The notes below the pieces were generated by a model. That model saw only the letters and a list, made by a program, of their open reading frames with translations, ran no database searches and was not told where the DNA came from. From positions 310,001-374,000 of the forward strand of contig JAQOWU010000001.1 of assembly GCA_030867685.1 (NCBI GenBank): 64,000 nt of DNA, given 5' to 3'. The DNA comes from Wickerhamiella versatilis. Lineage: Eukaryota. This document shows, piece by piece, positions 52,617 through 60,473 of this stretch (its first letter is position 1; every line of letters starts with the position of its first letter). Both the position numbers and the translations under genes were made by a program.

Positions 52617-52922
52617 GTGCCATGCTCAACCTTAGTCACCTAGAAGCTATGTCTATCATACTTTAGCATGACTTCGCTTTATATATGGCGGTTGCCTATC
52701 TTAGAGTTTGTGGTATAGTCTGCACATATTCTTGTCCACTTTCTAAACTGGTTCTGGAGCGAAAACAATTCCAGCCTATCTCTTTTAATAGAATACTAGC
52801 TTATAGCAATAATTTGCAAATACAATCTGCCCCTGTCAGTAGAATTAGTACATCTGCAATTGATTGTGGTGTAGCTGAACACGCACAACATTAGGAATGT
52901 GGAATCTGCCTAAGACATAGTT

Positions 52923-52951
52923 GCGATGATTCCTGTTTACGTAATTTTTTT
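52923..52951 (+). promoter_or_regulatory. PAC-like (GCGATGA) and RRPE-like (AATTTTT) ribosome-biogenesis motifs flanking a TTACGTAA palindrome
   Basis: Directly upstream of FCF1, a ribosome-biogenesis gene. Confidence 0.4.
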
Positions 52952-52965
52952 ACTCGACAGAAAAT

Positions 52966-53535
52966 ATGGGTAAAGCAAAGAAGACGAGAAAGTTCAGTGT
53001 TATGAAAAAAATGGTACAGCCTAAGGATAAGAGGGCAGATGTAAAAGCTGCAGCTGCAGTTAAAAAACGTGAACAGGAGGCTGCTCCACGTTCAATCCCT
53101 CAGGTGTCATCATCTCTATTCTTCCGTTATAATGAAGCATTAAAGCCACCCTACCAGGTACTTATTGATACAAATTTCATCAACTTCAGTATTCAAAAGA
53201 AGATTGACTTGGTTCAGGGAATGATGGATGCCCTTTATGCCAGGTGTGTTCCCATGGTCACAGACTGCGTTTTGGCGGAACTTGAGAAACTGGGGCCGAA
53301 GTACCGAATTGCGCTACGAATGGCCAAAGACCCGCGAGTAGAACATCTAAAATGCTCTCATAAGGGAACATACGCTGATGACTGTATTGTCGAAAGAATA
53401 ATACAGCATAAATGCTATATTGTTGCCACAAACGATGCAGATTTGAAGCGAAGGGTCCGTAAGGTGCCCGGTATTCCACTTATGAGTGTAGGCGGGCATT
53501 CCTATGTGATTGAAAAACTACCTCAAGCCTTCTGA
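52966..53535 (+). CDS. FCF1: SSU processome PIN endonuclease Fcf1/Utp24
   Basis: MGKAKKTRKF, PPYQVLIDTNFINFS, HKGTYADDC, IVATND. Confidence 0.96.
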   Translation: MGKAKKTRKFSVMKKMVQPKDKRADVKAAAAVKKREQEAAPRSIPQVSSSLFFRYNEALKPPYQVLIDTNFINFSIQKKIDLVQGMMDALYARCVPMVTDCVLAELEKLGPKYRIALRMAKDPRVEHLKCSHKGTYADDCIVERIIQHKCYIVATNDADLKRRVRKVPGIPLMSVGGHSYVIEKLPQAF

Positions 53536-53806
53536 TTTATTTATTTGTGGAACACACAATAAGCATATCCTTTGTGTACTTCTAGACTATCATATATCAT
53601 AGCCAGTTTACCGATGGGCCCTTGCATTGTTCAGAGCACCAGTAGCTATCCTAGTACCAGGGTCGCTCGAAAAAGCTCTAGACCTAGAGAAAAATCAAGA
53701 AATCGCAAGTCTTAAATAAATAATTAGGCTATACTTAATCCGTACATATCTTCTAATGTCTCATAAAGAAAGGCCCCAAAATAAATAAGAAAATATTTTA
53801 TGTGTG

Positions 53807-54063
53807 ACTTGTCAGACAACCCTACATGCTCACGCAGTGTGCTATTCCGAGGAATAAGCACAAGGCGTCGAGATCATCGCTACCATTCCAAAGGACTGGC
53901 ATAATGACAGATACTCTTGCACGAAGCAAAGAGTAAAAATATCAATTCTCACTCTAAGAGCATGTAGGGACATATCTCATCATCCAAGTTGGACTATGTG
54001 GCTTGTTTGAAGAAATCAAACAAGGGAGCCTCCTAAAGATGAGATCCCTAGAAGTAAGTCGAT
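53807..54063 (-). ncRNA. SNR17: U3 box C/D snoRNA (snR17), intronless, about 257 nt
   Basis: Minus strand reads ATCGACTTACTTC (GAC/A' box), hairpin CTTGTTTGA/TCAAACAAG, GCCAC...TCCAACTTGGATGATGAG (hinge and C' box), AGAGTGAGAA (B box), GCGATGATCT (C box) and GTCTGACAAGT (D box). A 12-bp stem CCCTACATGCTC/GAGCATGTAGGG and two internal hairpins are present. Confidence 0.93.
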
Positions 54064-54092
54064 GAAAACCAAATCTGGGCGACACTGAACGC

Positions 54093-54120
54093 TTATATAG
54101 CTTGTGTGAGGGTTAGGGTA
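54093..54120 (-). promoter_or_regulatory. U3 promoter: TATA box plus telo-box (Tbf1/HomolE-like) site
   Basis: TATATAA about 30 nt upstream of the U3 5' end; AGGGTTAGGGTA at 54109-54120; further (T)TAGGG-type sites near 54140, 54180 and 54195. Confidence 0.65.
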
Positions 54121-54613
54121 TGTGAAAATTTAGGTGGTATAGGGTAACATATACAGTAGATTCTATAGGCAATTACATCTAGGGAATACCTGGAAACCCT
54201 AAGTAGCCTTTCTTCAAGATCTCTAAATTATTTTAAATCTAATTTTATAGAAGCACACTATGACAGGTATGTATTGCCATGACTACTACGGGATGATGCA
54301 CTATGACATATTTCGCCTATAATGGAACTGCAATTTATGCTAAAGTTGATTTATTTTTTTTTCTATTTGTTTTTCCCCTTTTTTCTATTCAGGCAAGTGA
54401 TAGTAGGAGACAGTGGTAGGTTTGTTTCAGGAGGTGTGACTAGGTAGACACCGATCACTGAGGGTAGGCTCAATCTTGCATAGAAATACAATAACACACA
54501 AGGGGCTACATACTATCAAGCTATTTTTATATGGTCTTGTAACGCATTGCATCTGGTTCACGCTACTACTTCAAGTTCTATCGCCAATTTCGGGCAAGGG
54601 TTATTTCACTGCC

Positions 54614-56293
54614 ATGATTCCGCGTCGCTGGGCCCGACTTGGAGTTCGTGTGGCAGTTCTACTTACCATAGTAGCTCTGCTAATATTCATAGGCGACATG
54701 TACATGGATTTTCTGCCGCCAAGCCTTCAGCAGAGACTGCCTCTTCGTTCTGCAGCGCCCGTTGTTGTCGACGTATCCATATTTGAGTGCTTGAAAACAA
54801 GCAAATGCGAGAAATCTGGATGGCGTGTAAATCCAAAGGATCTATACTTGGGCTCTTCATGGCTGCACACGGCTCATGTGTTCACGCGTGAAAAGCCAGA
54901 AACAGAATTGGACAGTGGTGAATTGGTGGTGCAGGATATCGCTATCAGGTCTGATCCGAAGCAGAGACTACCAGATTATATTATAAAAGATATTTTGACA
55001 CAAGATCCTGCTGCAGATGATTCTGAAGAGGACGATATGCTGAAATACGCCAAAACTCTTGGCTGGAAAGAGCGAGATCGTAAAAGTGGTTTATGGCTTA
55101 AGTACGAGAGAAATGTTCCTGGGAAGATGGTAAGTGAATTAAAAATCTTATATGGAGCCGATGCTCTTTACCCATTGGACCAGTGGACGTTAGTTGATGG
55201 GTCATTAAATGTAGGGTCACATGAACCACGTATTGCATTCCGCACTGGACCCCCTGTGATCCGAAAGGAGCCTGTTTTGAAGGTCGCAAGTGGCGACGGA
55301 ACCTTCAAAATTGTACAGCTTGCGGATCTCCACATGAGTACTGACGCCGGTAAATGCGATAAGCCTGAACCAAAAATTTCCCAAGGTGAAGTTTGCCTTG
55401 CTGATGCACGTACGTTGGAGCTGGTTCTCGACGTGTTGGCGAAAGAGGAACCTGATTTAGTCGTTTATACCGGGGACCAGGCGTTTGGTTCACAGTCCCC
55501 AGACATTGAAACAGCTATACTCAAAGCAGTTGGTCCTGCGATCAGCCGACGGATCCCCTGGGCTGCTGTCTTTGGCAATCATGATTCTGAAGATGCTGCT
55601 AGCCGGGAAGAGCAAATGGAAATCATGTCGAACCTCCCTTATTCCTTGGTCCAAAGTGGTCCTGAAAACGTGACAGGGGTGGGTAACTATGTACTGACTG
55701 TACCGATAAACGGTAATGCAGCCCTCACTTTATATCTTTTGGACTCTCATTCCGACATCAAGGTGAAGGGTCGCCGACAATATGACTGGATACGTGGAGA
55801 CCAACTCGAATGGTTACAAGAAGAATATCTTAGGATAAAGCCGAAGCAGAAATCATACACACATATTCCATTGAGTATGGCATTCTTCCATATTCCATTA
55901 CCAGAGTATGCTGATACCAGTGATAAACCACGGGTGGGTACAGCTCGAGAGAAAGTTATGTCCCCAGGTTACCACGAACCAGTATTGGACGTATTGAGAG
56001 ACGCAGGGGTCTCTGTATTGTCTGTGGGCCATGATCATTGTAATGACTTCTGTCAGTTCGAGGATGGTAGTGACTCTACCCCTATTTGGCTGTGCTACGG
56101 TGGCGGTGGTGGATACGGGGGATACGGGGGATATCCTGATGAGTCTGGAAAAAACTATGAAAGACGAATCAGGGTATTTGAAGTTGATACGGTCGACTCT
56201 TCAATAAGAACATGGAAACGTGTCCAAGATAATGACAACCCCATTGATGTGCAAACTTTGGTTTCAGGGGGGACACCTCTATGGCAGGTCTAA
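54614..56293 (+). CDS. DCR2: Calcineurin-like metallophosphoesterase Dcr2 (type II membrane anchor)
   Basis: FKIVQLADLH, PDLVVYTGDQ, FGNHD, FFHIPLPEY, VGHDHCND, GYGGYGG, RRIRVFE. Confidence 0.87.
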   Translation: MIPRRWARLGVRVAVLLTIVALLIFIGDMYMDFLPPSLQQRLPLRSAAPVVVDVSIFECLKTSKCEKSGWRVNPKDLYLGSSWLHTAHVFTREKPETELDSGELVVQDIAIRSDPKQRLPDYIIKDILTQDPAADDSEEDDMLKYAKTLGWKERDRKSGLWLKYERNVPGKMVSELKILYGADALYPLDQWTLVDGSLNVGSHEPRIAFRTGPPVIRKEPVLKVASGDGTFKIVQLADLHMSTDAGKCDKPEPKISQGEVCLADARTLELVLDVLAKEEPDLVVYTGDQAFGSQSPDIETAILKAVGPAISRRIPWAAVFGNHDSEDAASREEQMEIMSNLPYSLVQSGPENVTGVGNYVLTVPINGNAALTLYLLDSHSDIKVKGRRQYDWIRGDQLEWLQEEYLRIKPKQKSYTHIPLSMAFFHIPLPEYADTSDKPRVGTAREKVMSPGYHEPVLDVLRDAGVSVLSVGHDHCNDFCQFEDGSDSTPIWLCYGGGGGYGGYGGYPDESGKNYERRIRVFEVDTVDSSIRTWKRVQDNDNPIDVQTLVSGGTPLWQV

Positions 56294-56594
56294 GCACATG
56301 GCTTGCTTATAGTTTTTACTATTCCTAGAGTTTTTATCAATTTCATGATGTCTATAATTATATCCTAGCAAGTGACTGTCGATAAAGCCATAAATCATTA
56401 GAATCGCATAACCCTAACTTATCATTCTCCACTTTAGCGGGTATTAATTCGTGGGTGGGAGTGGGAGCATGCTGGTCTGAGCAAAATATCTTTTGACTGC
56501 CTGAGCATAGATATCATACCACAGCCATAGTCTGCATGGTGGCACGCTTATTATAGCTATCTATCTAGTGATTATAGGCAGGTCTTATTCGTCG

Positions 56595-56602
56595 GGCGGC
56601 TA
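56595..56602 (+). promoter_or_regulatory. URS1 (Ume6) consensus GGCGGCTA upstream of the amidase
   Basis: Exact 8-mer about 50 bp before ATG 56651. Confidence 0.35.
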
Positions 56603-56650
56603 TCTGCGGAGAGACCTAACCCTGAACCAGATGATAATAAATGCTTGCTT

Positions 56651-58351
56651 ATGCTATTGTTCTTCTCCCTTATTATGGTCTCTGGGGTATTATTCGGGCT
56701 ATGGAATACACCACATAGTAGAAACGTTGACGCTAAACAGTCAGAAAGACGTGCACGAATATCCGCCCTCCCCGAATATCAGAAATCACTGACGCCAAAA
56801 GAAGAGGAGATTTGGTCTTTACCTGTTTCTGATGTTGCACAGGATGTTGCTTCGGGAGGTTTGGCTCCTTCAGATGTATTGAGAAGTTACGGGAAGCGTG
56901 CTCTTGCTGCCCAATCGCACTGCAATTGTGTTACAGAAATCCTTCTCGATTCTGCAGAGCACTTGGCGTCGACGTCAAAGAAAGGTCCACTAGCAGGAGT
57001 ACCTGTATCACTTAAAGATAATATTGCGGTCAAAGGATATGATTCTAGCATTGGCTACTCGAAGTTTAGTTTCAAGCCTATGTGTGAGGATGCTCCTATA
57101 GTCAGACTCCTCAAGGATGCTGGAGCAATTCCGTTTGTAAAGACTAACATCCCAATGACTCTTTTGAGCTTCGAGTCTTACAATGATGTCTGGGGAGTTA
57201 CGGAAAATCCCCACGTGAAGGGCTACACGTCTGGCGGTTCCTCTGGTGGAGAAAGTGCATTGATCGCGGCTGGCGGAAGCCGGGTTGGTGTGGGTTCTGA
57301 TGTGGCAGGCTCGGTACGTGTACCTGCCCATTTCGCTGGTATATATAGTCTCAAATGCACAACCTCGCGATTCCCTAAAGTGGGGAGTCCAGGCTCTATG
57401 CCTGGTCAGGAGGGTATTCCATCTGTTTATTCACCGATGGCACGAACTTTGCCTGATCTCACTTACTTTTTAAAGAGCATAATAAGTATGAAGCCATGGA
57501 ACTATGACTATTCTGTTGTGGAAATGCCCTGGAAGACTCCCAGTCCTGCTAAAAAGCTCAAATTTGGTGTCCTGTGGACCGACGGAATAGTTGATCCTAG
57601 TCCTGCCTGCCTTCGTGCCCTGAAGCTCTCTGTAGATGCACTAAAGGCAGAGGGGCATGAAATTGTCGATTTTACTGCACCTGATACTCTGGAAGCCCTA
57701 AATGTAGGTGCTCAGCTGCTCTGTTCTGATGGTATCGAAACGGCCACTTCTGGCATGTGGCTCGGTGAGAGTAACGATGCTGGTGTAAGTCGCCTTTATT
57801 GGTATGCCCACCTTCCGCGGCCCCTCAGATGGCTCTGGTATGCTTGGGTGAAATACTGGAGAAAGGATGACATCTGGGCTACCTTGGTGCGAGATTTCCA
57901 TAAACTCACCATCAATGAGCGCTGGGCACTTGTTACGCGTCGTGAAGCTTATCGAGGGAAGTTTTTCGATACCTGGATGGGTTCTGGAATTGACTATTTG
58001 TTGACCCCGCCAAATGCGACTCCTGCTTTACCTCACAAAGGTCTGTTCAATTCAATATCTTCTTGTCTATACACTTTTCTGTTCAATATTCTGGACTATC
58101 CGGCCGGAATCATACCTGTCACGAAGGTAGATAGGAAGCTAGATGAGTTGCCCAAAGACTTTGATCTATCGAAACTGAATGGTGTTTCACAAGGCGCATA
58201 TCTTAATTATGATGCTAATAAAATGCATGGATTACCGGTGGGAGTGCAGCTGGTAGGCCGTAGGTATCACGAGGAAGACGTTTTGGCAGCCATGGGAGTA
58301 CTAGAGGAAGCTCTGCATAAGTCAGGCACTATTTTTCATTTCATTAACTAG
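56651..58351 (+). CDS. Amidase-signature family enzyme (acetamidase/FAAH-like) with N-terminal hydrophobic anchor
   Basis: Catalytic Lys in PVSLKD; GGSSGGE; GSDVAGSVRVPA; GLPVGVQLVG. Confidence 0.88.
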   Translation: MLLFFSLIMVSGVLFGLWNTPHSRNVDAKQSERRARISALPEYQKSLTPKEEEIWSLPVSDVAQDVASGGLAPSDVLRSYGKRALAAQSHCNCVTEILLDSAEHLASTSKKGPLAGVPVSLKDNIAVKGYDSSIGYSKFSFKPMCEDAPIVRLLKDAGAIPFVKTNIPMTLLSFESYNDVWGVTENPHVKGYTSGGSSGGESALIAAGGSRVGVGSDVAGSVRVPAHFAGIYSLKCTTSRFPKVGSPGSMPGQEGIPSVYSPMARTLPDLTYFLKSIISMKPWNYDYSVVEMPWKTPSPAKKLKFGVLWTDGIVDPSPACLRALKLSVDALKAEGHEIVDFTAPDTLEALNVGAQLLCSDGIETATSGMWLGESNDAGVSRLYWYAHLPRPLRWLWYAWVKYWRKDDIWATLVRDFHKLTINERWALVTRREAYRGKFFDTWMGSGIDYLLTPPNATPALPHKGLFNSISSCLYTFLFNILDYPAGIIPVTKVDRKLDELPKDFDLSKLNGVSQGAYLNYDANKMHGLPVGVQLVGRRYHEEDVLAAMGVLEEALHKSGTIFHFIN

Positions 58352-58395
58352 CCTTTATTTCTATAAGTTAGAGACGTTTTTTTTGTCAAAAAAAA

Positions 58396-59952
58396 TCAAT
58401 CTTCGGTAAGATCTATCACCTCGGGTCCAGCAGCAGTCACGGCGGCTGGCATCTGATAGGAGTGATTATTATCCGGTGATGCCCGCATCATCGGATCTGA
58501 AAGTTCGTGAGCCCCAAAGAGAACAGAGTCCCCATGGAGTAAATCTTTGAATCTGTTGGGTGATTGTACAGATGATTGCAGTTGGTCCCTTTCGATTTGC
58601 GGTTCTACTGGCGCTGGCATAGGCTGGTCTTCCTGTGGTGCAGGGTGATTCTCACGGCCTGACTGAGACCCATCATCATCGCTAAGCAAATCTACAACTT
58701 CCACAGGTTTCTGCGGTAGCTGTGGTTTTTGATCTACGACTGATCCGGCCCGTTCATCGTCCGTTTCATCAGTGTCATCTTCGGCCTCTGCCCTCCATGT
58801 ACCATCGCTTTCGATACTAATTTGTGTACAGCTCTCAGGAATTGACAATAGCACAGCTGAAAAGTAGTCATCTACGGCTATATCTTCCCAGTGCAGCATG
58901 CTGTTGCAAACAGGGCATTTCCACGTTGATGCCTGAACCTGCAACTGCAAAAAAGTAGCTAGATCAAAACAATCAATATGCGCGCATCTCCGGCTGCGAG
59001 CTGGAACTTTTATGCGGGTGAGAAGCACAGGGTCGGCAAGCGAATGTAACGCAGCCATTGTCTCAAGCCCGTCGTCATTCTCCTCTATTATTTGCTTCTT
59101 TACTTCGAACGATTGAATATGCGGCCGAGCCTTTACTTGTTCGAATAAGTCCTCCCATGAGTTAAATTCCACCATATATACCCCGAATGCGAAAGATTTG
59201 TTACGTGTTCCATCGTCACGATAAGGGTCCACATCAACCCTGAACTGAATTTGGACGGTGGTTGCACCTACAGCTCGTAAATAGTCGGTAACATCAACCG
59301 GTTTTGCTGATCCTGGCTGTCCTCTGACACCACGAGTGTTTGCAGGGATATGCCGATTATCAACCCATGTCTCACAATTATGAGGGTAATACAACGGCTG
59401 AGGATCTTGCGGTGCACCAGGCTTCCATTCCATACTCAGAAGGCATACCCTTCTACCATTTAGAGGTATTTTTTGGACAGAGAACTGCCGGCTTATCCTC
59501 TCGCGATAATGTGGTGTCTGTACGATAGCAGGTTGTGCTAATGCTTTCACTGGCTTCCAAAATGGTGATGTTTCCCAATTCAAGGTACTCTGATAATCTG
59601 GCGGGCGGTTTACCCCGTTGAGAGCAGAACTTAATGCCTCCTGTCCAAGACTAGGAAAAACCGAAATTAAATGGGGTACCCGCGGCACCTCTGACCATGC
59701 CTCCTCTGCTCCAAAATTCAGCATTACCTCGCAAAATCGTCTTAGCACACTTATTCTCCGGCTATCCCCATTAGAAAGACGGGCATTAGTATAGAGCATT
59801 ACACGCTCCTGTAACTGACGTTTAACCCCCGTGACGCCAAGACCTTCATGCCTACAAATTTGCTTAAGGTCTGCCACTCTTAGCCGCATGATAATCTGCT
59901 CGATGCTATCTGCATCTGAGCGGCCAGTGGTGGCGCCGAGTTCATCAGACAT
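58396..59952 (-). CDS. SIZ1: SUMO E3 ligase Siz1/Siz2 (SAP-PINIT-SP-RING-SIM)
   Basis: SAP (LRVADLKQIC...GVKRQLQ), SP-RING (PARSRRCAHIDCFD...WKCPVC), SIMs VEVVDLLSDDD and EVIDLTED. Confidence 0.88.
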   Translation of the reverse strand: MSDELGATTGRSDADSIEQIIMRLRVADLKQICRHEGLGVTGVKRQLQERVMLYTNARLSNGDSRRISVLRRFCEVMLNFGAEEAWSEVPRVPHLISVFPSLGQEALSSALNGVNRPPDYQSTLNWETSPFWKPVKALAQPAIVQTPHYRERISRQFSVQKIPLNGRRVCLLSMEWKPGAPQDPQPLYYPHNCETWVDNRHIPANTRGVRGQPGSAKPVDVTDYLRAVGATTVQIQFRVDVDPYRDDGTRNKSFAFGVYMVEFNSWEDLFEQVKARPHIQSFEVKKQIIEENDDGLETMAALHSLADPVLLTRIKVPARSRRCAHIDCFDLATFLQLQVQASTWKCPVCNSMLHWEDIAVDDYFSAVLLSIPESCTQISIESDGTWRAEAEDDTDETDDERAGSVVDQKPQLPQKPVEVVDLLSDDDGSQSGRENHPAPQEDQPMPAPVEPQIERDQLQSSVQSPNRFKDLLHGDSVLFGAHELSDPMMRASPDNNHSYQMPAAVTAAGPEVIDLTED

Positions 59953-60473
59953 ATTATTCTGATGACAAACAACTTATATCATCGAGGCATGTTACACTCT
60001 AGTGACTTCTTGAGGGGGAGAGAGAAGAGTAAGGGAAAATAACTCATTTTTATATTTGTAATTTGAGCCTTGTTCTCGGTGTAAATTCGCATCAGAGAGA
60101 CCACTCTGTACCCCTGCCCTAGTGACATAACAATGTGGTTGGTTTTTCTCTCATATCACTGTTAGTGGTGCCTACGTACTAAAAAGTTAATGTAATTGGT
60201 ATATAGGACGCTCTAGATTCACCCTATGATACCGGAATCTGATGATGCGCGTTCAATCTGACGATTTTCTAGTATGCCCAGGAAATTATCAAGGCACTTA
60301 GTTCTTAGGATAACGAAAGTATCGCAATCTCCTTGCTGAATTTAGCGCTTTTTTCCCTCTTGATAAGGATCTCCAATAATATCCAATTTTGCGTGTACGC
60401 TATATACCCTAACCCGCGTATACTAATTTAGTTGACCGCGACGCGCTTTAATCGGTCATCCCACCACAGCATC

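Noticed and set aside
60226-60261. ATGAT...CTGA TGATG...CTGA mini C/D-like arrangement
   Set aside because: At about 35 nt it is too short, and it lacks a proper C box and guide.
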